NCBI GenBank assembly: GCA_000002445.1
Contig: CP000069.1
Coordinates: 64,001-128,000 of the forward strand
Reading direction: 5' to 3'
Length of the DNA: 64,000 nt
Source: Trypanosoma brucei
Taxonomy: Eukaryota
Below are positions 37,601-51,195 of the stretch, piece by piece. The position numbers and the translations under genes were made by a program. The notes beneath the pieces are model-generated. The model was not told where the DNA came from. It saw nothing but the letters and a program-made list of their open reading frames with translations, and searched no databases. The number at the start of each line of letters is the position of its first letter. Position 1 is the first letter of the stretch.

Positions 37601-40600
37601 ATGGCGGTTAACATAGTTGTGACTGCTAATTCCCGCGGCAGTTTACATTCATACTCTGGCACGCAGTGGGCCTGATTGCTGGGGTAATTGTTAGCGCGGC
37701 TCCAATATGGCTTACGACATCTTTTCTCAGCCCAAATTGAGTATTTTACCATTAAGATCCCCACTGACTTGCGTCTTGAGGCTTTAATTGCACAAGCGAG
37801 CCTCAACTCCGACAATGTAGACGTGTGGACCTACACCACGTGCAGTAAGTTTTACAGCATCACGTGTTGCATATTGACCGATGTTTGCGAAGTGCTCCAT
37901 TTGTGCGATTCACTACCCAGGTACGACGATACTGATCAAGTTCAAATTACACGAGCCGTTCAAAACCCGTTGAACAACTCAACGCTATTGCTGTTCCCTT
38001 TCACATAACCTACAAAAGTTTCTTTTTTTTTCTTATTGTAACCACAACCGATCGTGGTTCGTCCCGGTCATCCATTGCTGGGCTTGCTGGGCATTAATGT
38101 CATGTTATTAATGACATAAACAACGAATCATCGTCGCTTTAACTCGTGCTACAACACGGTTGCGCGGCTGGCGAGGCACCTCGACGGATGACACACTTGC
38201 ATTCAGACTACCAAACAGGCGTTGAAGTTATAACCTCAATACCATGTGATTTTATGGAAGCTTTCTTGCATCATTTCAACCTTAACCTCACCATCAGGGT
38301 ATTTCAATGTGTGCGTACATCATTTTCAAGCCAACGGATCGCTGGATTTCCTATTTTTCCACCTATTTATCATGACATGACATCAATCAAGACATGTAGC
38401 TATCACATATTCGATAGGGACTCACATTTTTTTTTTCACCACCGTCAAAAGGAGACGACTGGATCAAAGTCGTTTGTTGTGCGTTTAGAAACAACCCCAA
38501 ACAAAATAAAGCGTTCGTGCCTGCCATCCGCTGCCCTAATTTCAAGTGCTCATTCATGGCAGTCAGTGTATGGGCAACGCCCACCCCGCGTCGAGTGATG
38601 CGTGCCCACTAAATCTGTTCCATTTGCCGCATCTAATTATCCTTCGCATTATCTCTTATGATGACAAGTGTTCTTTTTGACTACGGGGACGCCACAATCA
38701 CTTACATCAGCGAGCGGATATTTACACTGCTTGCAATTTCCAACTCTTCGTCCTGTCATGCTGTGGAAGAATTCCGTTGATAAGCCGCCTCTCGTTTTTT
38801 TGTCCCGCCCAACTCCTTGCTGTGCCGCATATCACCAAGTCCTGAAAAGGCAACACAGTTTTGTTCGTGATTAAGGCAGCGACGGAGGCCTTAGGAAAAA
38901 CAGCGTCGACACGACGGACAATGTTAAGAGCGAGCTAGCCCCACATTTATTTCCAATAAAAAGACTACGGATCGTATTTTGAACCAAACAATGAGACGTG
39001 TCAACCGCTTAAGTGTTCTTACGAGTGCGGCGAGAAGGTACAGCACATCATAAATTTAATGCGACACTCCACAGCGGAAAGATATCGTGGAATATGAAGG
39101 GATTCCACTGTGCCAAAGAACTGAAAAAACCCGAGATTAATACATTATATACCTAGACGATAACAATATCAAATGCACTGTGCGGCCTCCACGGCATATG
39201 TACATATATATGTTAACGTAGCAACTGTAAATTCATACGATGGCGGTTCAAGAAGCGCTGGGGATGCAGGGTCTCGGTCCTGACGAGTGGACTTCGTAGC
39301 GTAGAGCGCAAATTATTTTCCGACACCCGTCCACATAGCAAAAACAAACGATAATGAACCTGGAATCGAGTCGTCACGATGACGAGTACGCTTCAAGTTT
39401 AAGCCACTAAGGACTCACCAAACGGACACTTACACTTGTGGCTCTGCATTTGTCATCCATTCTTTTTGTACGGGGGAAGATGGCTTAGGACTTCATACGA
39501 CGTTCCCGATTCGAAAGTCTCCTAGCATAATCCCTTTAGGTATTGTTCATAATTTGGCGCACGCCACTTCGACGAATCGTTGACATTCTAAAGATAGTGT
39601 TGTGCCAACAGCATACAGATAATGTGAATACTTCACCAATCCGACCACAAATAATCTTCCTCTTTTATTTTGACTCCTACTTGTTCATCACTGTTTTCTT
39701 CCAAACATAAACATCGCATGAGCAGACTAACACATTAATCGCATACATGTGAAATAACAAAACAACATTCAATATAAACCCTTCACATCTTGAAAACATC
39801 AAACAACTCCCCGCCCTTGAGAGAAGTGCTGAAGATAATATCATCCATTATTGTTGTCATGAGCTTCACAGTTAAATGTTCTCTGGTCAAATGTTGTTGG
39901 AATAGTGATGGAGTGACTGTTGATGGAATGTGTGTCCAACAGGGGCTGCATCAGGATGCACTTTGTCAGTAAATGAATAATGTTACCGCGCAGCAGATTG
40001 TTCAAGATTATTTCTCCAATAACGGCACATCTGCCCTCCCCACAGATATAAGGATGTACAAACATCCTGTCCAGGCCCACAGCACGTGGGGATGCGTTGG
40101 TTGCCCATGACATGCAAAGCGCCAAGAGCCCTCGCATCCGGAAGAAAGCACAAACAGCGAATACACGTAGTGTAAGCACTTTAAATGTAGCAATAAGAGA
40201 ACCGACCGTTGCATGTTCTCGCGTGTGGAGCGGTCAACAGCAGCAAAAAGACAGTGAATTACATATACGATCAACTTAATAAACAATTGACACCCACTTT
40301 ATGTCTGTAAAACAGCAAATGTACAGATGTTCAATCAAACGACACCATCATCCTTAAACAAACTTTGTCTCCATACCACAGTGGTACAGACTATTGAAAT
40401 TGAAAGGAGCGATGTCACTTCATCTTCGTTTTACCTGTCGTGGCGTTGACGATGGTTGAAAGTGCATCCTGCACAGACTCGGAACACACAAGCTGATTCT
40501 CAAATGTGATAGAGACGCCCGTCGCGGACTAAGAGAAGCAATTGTTTCTAGTACAGAACAACGTGTCGTTTTTAAATAGCACAAACCTTATCGGGGTTAT

Positions 40601-41271
40601 AAAAGCGTTCCAGCACACTTCAACCGCTTCACATCGACACGAAACACTATCTTGTTGGCTGCACGGCAAGTAAACGTCATCTGTGGTAGTTGGAATCACA
40701 CGGATGCGGGTTTTGATAGGGTGACCAATTTCGCTTTCATCCACTTCGCCATTCAGTATAACGACATTCATTATTCTCGAAAGCTTCGGCATGAGACAGT
40801 ACATCTATTGCTGAAGGGAGTTACGTACCTCGCAGCGGCCTATTGGTAGAGCGCACATCTTCCCCTAGGGTGCGGGAGAATGTTATATCAACGGCATGTG
40901 ACATTTCAGCAGGAAAAAAGCGCAACAGTTTCTTTCTATTTTCTCACATCAGTAAGAAAATGGTGAGAGCACCCGGTCTGTTTATCGCAAACACTATGTG
41001 TAAGGCGGCGTGGTGGTTGGCACGCAAAGTTCCATCACCAACAGCCTGGCGCTCCCGAAAGCTGTTAGGCTGCGTCTACCCTCTTCGTTCATCAGTAGAT
41101 GCTATAACTAACATGCGTTTAAAAAGTACGCGCGGGGTTCCCTTCCTTTTCGTTCACACCCCAACCGAACGCCCCGGCGCCTATTCACTTCCCGCACCGC
41201 GCGTTTGCCGCAGGAATGCCTTTCAATCGCCCGAGAGTTTGTGATTGTTAACCTCCATGCCATGGTCAATT

Positions 41272-41284
41272 CCCCCCCCCCCCC
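41272..41284. repeat. C13 homopolymer inside a GC-rich island (about 41250-42100) within an otherwise AT-rich ORF-free stretch.
   Basis: Read directly from the sequence: 'tcaattccccccccccccaggatc'. Confidence 0.8.
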
Positions 41285-44200
41285 AGGATCACAACCAAAT
41301 GTTCAGCGGAGGACTCAAACAACGACGGCCAACCCTCCACGCAGCAGCCACCTCTTCAGTAACGGGGGTTTCCTCTTTTATTGTCGGGGCATTTGCGGAC
41401 TTCAGAGGCGAGGGGGAGTGTCGAATGAAGGGTCCCAGTTTGAGTAATCACTTCGTGGGAAACAAAAGCACCTGGCGGGCAATCGGAACCTGCCGCAAAA
41501 AAAATTGCTCCACGTCCGCGCCACCTCGAATGAAATGCTGTGGGTGGGGAGGGCACCTCGGTTCGCAAGAGGGAATGCATAGCGGCAACCAACGGTCGGG
41601 TGCTTGGTGGGCGGCTCTCGCCAGGGAGGCGGCGACTGCCATGAAAACTTGAGAGGGAATATTTAGTGCCTCCAACCGCCCCTGCGGCAGTGTGAGTAAA
41701 GGCGGCGCGCGGGTTTAAGGCAGGGGGCGGAGGCCCGGAAGGACAATGGGCACCTCAGCTAAGATGCGGCAGCGGCTGTCGGTGGGCGGTAATTTATGAC
41801 TTCTAGTTTAGCCCCTCTGGCGGGACCGTTTTCTCCGGGGTTCATGTGCGGCGCAACCTGTTGATTGGCAGTTGTATGGAGTGCGCTTTCTGCGGTATAG
41901 CTTCTGGGGGGAGGGGGTGGGTTCTCGGATCCTCGTTCCGGACTGCAGTGGCGTCGCTTGCCGATACGTTGCTGTCGTTGCGCGGTTCGGTGCTCTCAAT
42001 ATGCGGATATTCCCATGGTAACGCCTTCACCGGCTGCTCATTTTGACAGTGCAGGCCAGCAGCCCTTTCAGGAGATGCTCGCCTGCCAGACCACCGCCTT
42101 CGGTTTCGTCTCACATCCCTTGAGGTATGGGATATTTAAAATGCCTCACTTGTTTGATCTTACTGACGCTTTAAGCGAGACTGGGGGACTGTTGAGACCT
42201 TTTGAAGCGCGCAGTGCAGCTGTCAGTGTGAATGTTGCAAGTGCCTGTATGAGGAGAGTGGCTGGAGTGAGCGACGTCATAGTAAGGCCGAGTAGGCTTA
42301 GTGTATGTATCTTTTCATGCATGTATGCGTTTGCGTATCGGAAAAGAGGGGGCAAATAGGCTGTCCGCTTTTATGTTCTGCACATTTGAGTGTATGCGAG
42401 CAAGGCCGGTTTTTATTTTTTGCCCATAACGTCTTTGCTATTTTTGTTTTTGTTTTCTCGTGTGGTTTCCATCATTACTAATAGGTGTTATGCAGTCAAC
42501 TAGGCACTTTGAGAACGCAAAGCGTTTGGATGCATGCACTCGCATAAACCCATCATGGGGATAAATGGATAATGCAACGTCAGCGGATAAGTCCGGAGTC
42601 TAGATGTGTGATTGGAAATAATAACGGGAAGGTTTCTTGGGAAAGGATGAAAGAACCGCCAGTGTTTGGTTCCCGGGATAGGATCGGTGAGAGCAATAGT
42701 TAATAAATTGCATAATGTAGGTGTCAGATCAGAGATGGGGGGAGGCCAAGCTGTCAACCAAGCTTGTGGGGTAAATTGAGAAAAAGATGTGTGTGGGGAA
42801 TGTGAATGGAAAACACGTCTCTCTATGAGTGTTTGCATTTTGCAGAAAGAGTGAAAGAGGTGTAAATACAGGGCAAGGGCCGAGGTGTCTGCTACCAATG
42901 GAAGGTCCTTACCTGAGTGTATCCACCATTTCTGCTGTTGTTGCAGTTGTTGCAGTTGTTGCTTTCTGTGAAAAAAAAATACACAAAGGAATACTGTAAT
43001 GTGTTTCCACCTTGTTTTAACTCCAGAGTATGCATGCCCTCGCGGAACTCCTACACCTCATGGCGATACGTTCAACCTGAGTCCTGCAACAGTTGTCATA
43101 ATATTAATAATAATTAGTGTTCAAGTTGTCTATCTTTTTTTTCTCATGTAACGAATGAATGTTGAAGTGCAGCCACTGAACCAAAAGATGTGTCCCGGGT
43201 TTCCATTTTTTCTTTTTTTCTTTTTGTTGCAGTCTTCGCGTGTGACCATATTGGGTTTATGTGTAGTTCGTTTGCTTAAGGAGAAAATCGGAGGGAAATG
43301 AAAGATCGGATATCCATAGTCGTCTGCATCAAACTCCAACGATTTAAATATATAACTCTGTTATTTATTGAGTTTTCCTTCTAAAAAAGAAGGATACTAC
43401 TCTACCGTGATGCATCAGGTATCCGTGAAATATGAAGGACAGGATCGCTAAGATTTTTTTTTTTGAACACAACATTGCCTGTTATTTTCTGTAGGAAGAA
43501 TTAGAGGTATTCGGACGTCCTTCACGTAAAGTAGCACTGGTACGTCAACCTAATCTCGTTGTTTTGGTAATTGTTTCTACTGTTTTTATCTGTGTTGGTG
43601 TTCGCGATATCTCCCCTTTCATCTATGCAACTTTATTTGAGGTTCGTGTGATAATGTTCTTCGTACAGGAGCATTTCGTTAGTTTATTAACTTCCCTGTT
43701 ATCATTTACTTTCGCAAAATATTTGTTGATGTTTTTGATGCAGCATTTTCTGTAATTTGTTAGGACTACCCACTGAAAATTTGTCGGTTGACGGCACCCG
43801 ACCACCTCGACATATGACCGGTCAGTTACGTCACTCGTTATCAGTTGTCATCGCTTTTTCTAAAAAAAAAACCTTAAACCCCAGCACCATGAATGCCACT
43901 GTTTGTTAGTGCCGGATGCGGCGGTAGGAGTAAGAGTTCGTTTTTTAAAAATTAATGAACGCCAATAAGCAACGCTGCCATTTTCCTTGCGGTTATCACG
44001 CATAGTTTTTGTTCCTATTTATTTGATTACCTGTATACGTGTATGTATATGTGCTCATTTTGTTTTCTCTCAGTGGCTATTAGTTTTTTGTATGCACATT
44101 TAGGAAGTGTTTATAATGGGTTGTAACAGAGGCAAGCGCGTGTACATTCATGACAACATGTTGATTTGTGTGCAAGTGGAATAAAAAGAGCTGAATAGAC

Positions 44201-47200
44201 GAACGTTTAGGTGGAGCTGCAGGAACAAAGTGGCCCAGTCGTGAACGAAAAAAAGGAAGTAAATAACGTGAAGGCAACGGTCATATCATGCCACGTGCAG
44301 TTTCCTCAAGGCGTTGGTGGGGGCTTCGACGTACAATCGCTAGCGAGTTTTTGGTAGATGAAGGAAATGCTCTTGTCTTCGTTAATACTGAATTCCCTGC
44401 GGAAACCAAGACCGATTGACATAACGACTCATGGTGGCTTCTCTCTGGAGGTGAAGATAGGTAATACAGTAGCAGCTGTCGGATATCTTCAATGTGCAAT
44501 GGCTGTATTCGCTGAGGTGACTCCTTTTTTTTTTTTTGTAAAGCGTTCTAGTGCTGTCAACAATCTCGACGAGATGTCAGGGTCTATTGCCATGCTGAAG
44601 CAGAGGTGTGTATATGGGGTCAAGTGCTCACGACCCTTTCCATCAGGATTAGGTTGAGGTGTAAAGAGACACATTATCTTTCCACAATGGTGCACATACG
44701 ATAGGTTTGTAACTGGATATGTGCTGCCCTTGCAAGGGCTGTATCTTTGTGCAGGCCCAACATCATCAAATTTGTCTATATCGAATTACATTACAGTTTA
44801 AGCTTAGAGATGAGTACTGGGCGCATCGCACGTGGCTCCCGGTGGAACTTTGCTGGGACTCTTACAGTCAAGTTACTCTACACTTGGTGACATGCTGGCT
44901 TGGGAAGGAATCACCTTCTGTCTACTTTGTTGTGTCACGATTCCCCCCTCTGGAGATGGTTTGGTTCCATCTTCTTAGTTCTATTAGCACACTGGCTCTA
45001 ACCATGGCTTAAAAAATGGAGACGTATGTAGTCTCCGCTCTCGGAGACCTGCTGATGGAGGTTGGTGCCACGACGGTTTTTGCACGTAAGTTTTTTTTTT
45101 TGGCTGAAACACGTTCTACGCATTCCCTTCAACTAGTCTTCATTTCCGTTCGTTCCCCCCTGACGGGGAAGGCACTGCAGCGAAACGACCAGACAACGCA
45201 TTCAGGTCTGTCCCAAAGTAAAAGGTATGGATCGGAACTCAACTGTTTGATGTAAGATCAGTCTGCTCTTCCTTGTAGCAAGGAGGATTCGGTGACCCAA
45301 TGCCGTATGGACAATAAATGCAATACCAAGAGCATGGGGAGGTGCACCGAATATAACCGCGGGTGGGGTATTAGTTCCGTACCTCATGTAAATATCTAAA
45401 AATAAAATAAAAGAAACTTGTCGTCGTATATTGGACGCGTCAGAGTACGGTTGATGGTGTTTACGGCATCGTATTCTTTAGTGGATATGTGACCTTGAAT
45501 GAACTACTGGTGATAGCACAACACCTAACACAAGCCCTGTTTTTGTGAAAGTATGCCCGTTGGTCAGATCTAAAACCTCACCGTAAAGGTGAATGTCAAT
45601 CAGGTTGACGGATTGGGAAAATATTTAAGCCCACACAGGGGGACACTTGCAAATATTTATTCGCGATGCAGTTATTATTGCAGATAGATATGGAGAGAAA
45701 TATTGGAACCACTTTTGGAGTAAATAGTTGGCCGAAACGAAAAATAAGACAAAGCATTTCACAACCAACGTTGAACGAATCCACCTCACGATACGGAAGT
45801 GAATACACATGGTTGCGCTCGCCTCCAAAGCGGCAATGTGGCGGAAACTACGACGTGACCGTAGAAGGCTGGAGTAAATGGAATATTCTGCGGGAGGCGT
45901 CTGATTTGCACCGCCTTTTCGATCTAACCGGCAAGGGTTAACAAAATAATGACGCAACACTTGGAAGTACATCCCATGAGTGTAGCAGAGAAAAAGGTGT
46001 CATAGATATGCCAATATGTTATTCCACTTGGCAAGGAGTTTCTACATACCCCGCTGGATATGCAAACTTGCTTGTAAGGGTGGTATCCGTACGCTACTTC
46101 TGTTGGTGAGAGGTGATGTCGTACCGAACTCGGGCACAATTGTACACATCGCAGTGGGATGCTGAGGATCCCTTCCAGCTGAAAAGATTCGCGTCGGAAA
46201 AATGTCTTTACCCAAAAATTTTTAAAAAAGGTAGCCTTTGCATTTTTTCAGGCAACATGTTTGTGTGCCGAAGTAGTGTGACGTGCAACAAGACCGGGGT
46301 GCCAACACATCGGAATAGTGGAATCGTTTAAAGGCTTCACCAGTGTTGATACTTGCAGGGAATGCTGAGCGTGGAGCACAAGGGCCAGGTAAAAAAATGC
46401 GAGAGTGTGAAGGAGAGTCAGTTAGGCTGATATTCACACAACATCTATGACTTATGTGACAGCGTTATTTCTCTAAAGTTAACCACGGTATCAAGACTGA
46501 TGCTGCACGCTTTGTAGTGAGGAGGGTAGCAATTGAATATCGAAGTGAATATGAATTCGCTGCGTTTGTTGATATCACGAGGAGGCGACGAGGCAGGACA
46601 AAACAAAGCAAAAAAGACAGAAGAGGCCACCGATTTGTTATTTCCCTCGCTGTATCTATAAGACGGTATTGCGTGGATAAAGTGCGGGATCCTGAAGCTG
46701 GCACGAAGGCAGACGGTGGGGGGGGGTAAAAAAAAGGATGGAGTGAAGACTGGTATTCCAATTGACGGGGTGTCGCCCCCCCCTCCCCCTCCCCCAAGTA
46801 GCTGAGTGATTGCATTTGATTTAAATGCGGCTCTCAGTGGGCTGGTCTTTACGCCTTTGGGCTCACGTCTGGGGGAGGGGTTAATCCCCTTTCGCATTCG
46901 GTCTTGGAGCCACAGTGTGTGCATTGTAACGAATTCAGCGAACCACTCATTCATCGGTGAGGTTAGGAGGGGGGGAGGGCAGGGCGTGTGTTTACGCAGT
47001 GGTTTTGTGTTTTCCTGCTTGTATTTGCTTCAGGCTCAATTTGTCCCTTTACTATGCGAGATCTATGTGCCCAGTAAAAACTCACATGTGGCCGGAAGGT
47101 TCCCAACAATATGAGATTATGTGAAGAGTTGTCTAGAGCGGCAGGTGTCATTAGTGGCACTCATCATGGAAGGCTGCGAGTTCTGTTCTGTCCCGTTCTG

Positions 47201-47815
47201 GGAGGGGCGGGTGGCTCAACCCCTTGCGGGAAGAAGCATAAAAAAGAATGATCCACATTATTCACAATGACGGCAATGGTGCTTTTCACGGACAGTTCGT
47301 ATGACCATTCTGTCGCTCAAATCTTCCTTTCCTTTTCCTTTTCCTCCTTTTTTCTCCCTCCCCCGCCATTGTAAGTTTTCCTATGCTTGCGGGCGTCGGG
47401 AAAGGAAACGTGAGGGATTGTGGATGAAGTGAGCATTCGATGGTACGTATAACTTCCCTCGGGGCGTTCCCCATGTCCTAAGTAAGGGAGACGCATAGTC
47501 TGAGTATGTTATACGTAACTTTTTCTACTAACAGCTGCAAACTGTACCTACGAGGGTGCCATGAGGCCAAAGTTAACTGTAGCCTCGGGAACTCCCCACA
47601 TGACAACATAACGGTCCATGAATTGGTTGCCACACCGCTGGGGGACAACGGTGAACTTGATATAAACTTGAAACATCATTGGTTAAGTGGAGTTTGTACA
47701 GTCACCAAAATAACGGTTTGCCATTTTTTTTTTGTTCAAACCATCAAAGAACCGCAATCGTTGGGTTCTTTCCCTTTTCATATGCATGAGACTCTCTCTC
47801 TAGTCTTCCTTTCAT

Positions 47816-47866
47816 ATTATATTATATTATTATTATTATTATTTTTTTACCCCTGCACCTTTTAGA
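47816..47866 (+). promoter_or_regulatory. Polypyrimidine tract, including an (ATT)n/T-rich run, plus an AG dinucleotide. This is a candidate spliced-leader acceptor for the ENT transporter gene.
   Basis: The run 'attatattatattattattattatttttttacccctgcaccttttag' has its AG at 47864-47865, 45 nt upstream of the ATG at 47910. A second pyrimidine tract lies further upstream at 47322-47375. Confidence 0.45.
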
Positions 47867-47909
47867 AAAGTATACGGTGAAACCTCAACAAGTTGCGCAA
47901 GTAAGGTCG

Positions 47910-49301
47910 ATGCTCGGTTTTTATTCAGTACCTGAATTTGTCGTTTACGTCACCTTCATCTTTTTTGGGATGTCGGTGATGAATGTGACGAATGCCATCT
48001 ATTCGATACCATTTTTCTTTAAGGAGTACTACAAGTTTGCTCAGGGGGACGCTGATGTACAGCCGAAGGACGAAGGCTTTTGGAAGCACATGTTCACGTA
48101 CTACAATGTCGTTGTGTACACTATGCAGGTGCTTTTGGAGGCCTTCATGCTTACGCCACTGGGAAGAAGGTTTCCAATACGCTGGCGGCTCACCTTTGGT
48201 CTGGCGGTTCCTATCGTGGAGATCATTGTGATTTTAGTGATCCCTGTGGTCCGCACAAGCGAGGACGCGGCAAAGGCGGCTATGATGATGATCGCCTTCA
48301 TTGGTGGTGTTTCGAAGACATTGTGTGACTCTGGTAATGCCGCACTTGTAGGGCCGTTTCCCACCAAGTTCTACGGTGCCGTCGTTTGGGGTCTCGGTAT
48401 ATCCGGGCTTCTCACCTCATTCATGTCTATTATCATCAAGGTATCTATGGACGATAGCTTTTCCAGCTTGCTTACACAGTCGCGGATATACTTTGGACTA
48501 ATTATGCTTCTTCAGGTGATCGCGTGCATTCTTCTAGTTTTACTGAGGAAGAACCCCTACGCCATGAGGTATGCTGCAGAGTTAAGGTTTGACGCAAAGA
48601 AGAGTGGTACAAAGGACTCCAACGGTTTAGTCGACGTAGCCGATGCGAGAGGAACTGGTCCTGCAGACGAGGAATGCGAACGTGAGGCGGATGAAAGGTC
48701 TGACATAAATGTGATGAATGCCACGACAGATCCAGATACAATGAGAGATACCGACCAGTTGGAAAATATGACTAACGCAAAACAAATGTTGGACGCGAGT
48801 GTTATGGTTGTGGCAAAGCGTATTTGGCCCATGCTTGTTTCCTGTTTCTTTGTGTTCTTTGCAACACTTCTCGTCTTCCCTGGTGTGTTCTTTGCTGTCA
48901 AGACGGATGTTCCCAGTGGGTGGTATTTCACCATCGTCGCTGCGATGTACAACTTGGGTGACTTCCTATCTCGCCTTGTCCTTCAGTTCAAGCGGTTGCA
49001 CCCTTCGCCACGTGGCGTTGTGATCGGAACCTTTTCGCGTTTGTTGGTTATTCCACTGCTTGCACTTTGCGTGTACGATGTTATTAGTGGCCCGTGGGTC
49101 CCTTATGTTCTTTGCCTTATTTGGGGCCTTACGAATGGCTACTTTGGCGGCATGTCGATGATTTATGGACCGCGTACCGGATCCCTTACAACAGCGGGCC
49201 AGAGGTCCCTTGCTGCCATTTGCATTAATTTGGCCCTTCTTCTTGGCCTCTTCGGTGGTGCCATGTCTGCCATGGCGGTTATAAAAGCTCTTCCGCATTA
49301 A
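47910..49301 (+). CDS. Equilibrative nucleoside/nucleobase transporter (ENT family, TbNT/AT-like), 463 aa, intact.
   Basis: The track lists the ORF from 47877, but that codon is GTG. The first ATG, at 47910, gives an 'MLGF...' N-terminus. There are about 11 hydrophobic segments. A long hydrophilic loop sits between TM6 and TM7: 'RKNPYAMRYAAELRFDAKKSGTKDS...DQLENMTNAKQ'. The motifs 'FIFFGMSVMNVTNAIYSIPFFFKEYYKF' and 'MYNLGDFLSR' match my memory of trypanosomatid ENT transporters. I could not assign it to a named paralogue. Confidence 0.75.
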   Translation: MLGFYSVPEFVVYVTFIFFGMSVMNVTNAIYSIPFFFKEYYKFAQGDADVQPKDEGFWKHMFTYYNVVVYTMQVLLEAFMLTPLGRRFPIRWRLTFGLAVPIVEIIVILVIPVVRTSEDAAKAAMMMIAFIGGVSKTLCDSGNAALVGPFPTKFYGAVVWGLGISGLLTSFMSIIIKVSMDDSFSSLLTQSRIYFGLIMLLQVIACILLVLLRKNPYAMRYAAELRFDAKKSGTKDSNGLVDVADARGTGPADEECEREADERSDINVMNATTDPDTMRDTDQLENMTNAKQMLDASVMVVAKRIWPMLVSCFFVFFATLLVFPGVFFAVKTDVPSGWYFTIVAAMYNLGDFLSRLVLQFKRLHPSPRGVVIGTFSRLLVIPLLALCVYDVISGPWVPYVLCLIWGLTNGYFGGMSMIYGPRTGSLTTAGQRSLAAICINLALLLGLFGGAMSAMAVIKALPH

Positions 49302-49354
49302 TTACAGCTGAAATAACAGTGTGACATCCACAAAATATGCCATTGATGTCGTTA

Positions 49355-49448
49355 TCACTTTATTGTTATCATTTTATTGTTATCATTTTATTGTTACCAT
49401 TTTATTTATTATTTATTATTATTATTTTTTTTTTTTTGGGGGGGGGGG
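49355..49448. repeat. A 15-nt tandem repeat (CATTTTATTGTTAT, about 3.5 copies), followed by an ATT-rich run, then T13 (49425-49437) directly abutting G11 (49438-49448).
   Basis: Read directly from the sequence. Confidence 0.85.
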
Positions 49449-51061
49449 TACGGGGTTAGGGGCGTTGATACGGAGGAAAAAAAAGGGAGAGGATGCAAAG
49501 GGAAGTGATGAACCGAAGTTAAAGCAGAGGAGAAAAGGACAAAAGCAACAACAACAACCCACACCCACGCCCACATGAGGTAAAAGGAGAAAAGAAACGC
49601 ATCAGAAGGCGAGGAAAAGAACGGTAGGAAATAGATAGCGATTTGGTGGAGGTCCCTTTAAAATTTTTTTATCTTTTATTTTTTTAACTTTCCCGAGCAA
49701 GTAAGGTAGGTGAGGAAAGACTTAGGAAGAGAAGTGACCCAGCGGAAAGAAAAGGAAAAAGAAAGGAAAAAGAAAAGAAAAGAAGACGATGCATGAAGTA
49801 TCATTATTGTACTTTTAATATCCGAACGCATATGAGTTTTATCCAATTTATTTATTATTTTATTTCTAACGTTGCTCCGCTTTTCTTTATTCCCAGTTTT
49901 TTTTGGTTTTCTATAATCTGGTTTCATTTTTTTTTTTCAACTTTCTCTGACCCTTCTTTGCCGTTTTAATGGGAGGACAACATATATAATAATAACAGTA
50001 ATGACAATAATAACGACAATAGTGACAAATCGGAGAAAAGAGATTCAATATAATGATGTTTTGGGTAAATTGCAGAATATGTTTTATAACTTGTGCAATT
50101 TACTTCCCCCATTTTAATATTTAACCTCTTTTACGGTTATTAATCTCATGAAGTGACAAAACATCAATATATAAAGAAATAAATCTAAATAAATGTGTTT
50201 GCTAATTAATTTAATTATTATTGTTATTTTTTACTTTGTGATAAGGAAATAAGGGGTATGAAAAGGACAAAAAAGTTTCGTGATTGTGAGTGTCTTGAAG
50301 GTGATGATAACAGTGGTGTGTGCCAAATGATGAATACACAAATCAGGTCTTGACATATTTAAAAATATAAAATGTCACAAAGTAAAGCTTTTTCGTTTCC
50401 TATTCTTTTATTCCTTTTACTTTATTTTATTTCATTCCCTTACTTTCTTTCTTTCAACTCATATAAGTAAATAAAAATATATTTATTTAATAGTTTGATT
50501 TATTGTATCCTCTTTATTATTATTATTTTATTTTAAAATAATGTCTTTTTTTTTCTTTTTTTTCTTTTGTTTCCATTTTTGTTTCATCCAATCATTTATT
50601 TTTTTCTTCCTCATTTTTACTGACGCATGCGGGTTGGTGATGTGTGGGGAGTGCTGCAAATAAAACAAACGAAACCTAAAACTCATCGAGGACTCTGTTG
50701 TTTCAAATGCACTTTTGTTGGTGTTTTCAAAATAATCTTATGATGCTGTTAGCTTTACTCTTCATTTCATTTCATTCCATCTCTCTTTACTTCACGTTGC
50801 ATTTATTCATTGATTTAGTTTGATACTTCTACATTTTTTCTTTTCCTTCCAAGTGTGGAATATTCGAGTTCAATGGAAAATAAAAGCTGGGATAAATGAG
50901 GGGCAAATGATGAGCAAGAAATGCCATGTGAAGTCACTAGTAATCGAAATGTGGATGTACGTCGGTTCAGCTTCCCTTAAAACGCTCTTTAACAAATAAT
51001 CCGCTGGCGATATAGACAGAAGTAATTTCTCCATGAGGAGGGAGACGTGCACACACAAACG

Positions 51062-51195
51062 ACAACAACAACAACAACAACAATAAAATTGCGACTTGTA
51101 CACTTGATTTTGTATGGGAGGAAAAAGAGATGAAAATGTTAAATAATTGAGTGTTGTTAGTCTCGTGATAGAAAGGGTGTGTGTGTGTGTGTGTG
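51062..51195. repeat. Two microsatellites in the AT-rich, ORF-free region downstream of the ENT gene: (CAA)7 at about 51062-51084 and (GT)9 at 51177-51195.
   Basis: Read directly from the sequence. Confidence 0.85.

Noticed and set aside
38146-38598. 150-aa ORF in the 13-kb ORF-poor stretch. Other isolated ORFs of 100-135 aa also noted: 31975-32376 minus, 40843-41244 plus, 41245-41652 plus, 46445-46954 minus.
   Set aside because: No recognisable domains, TM pattern or family motifs. Several start on non-ATG codons in the ORF track or cross homopolymer tracts. They are consistent with chance ORFs at this length.
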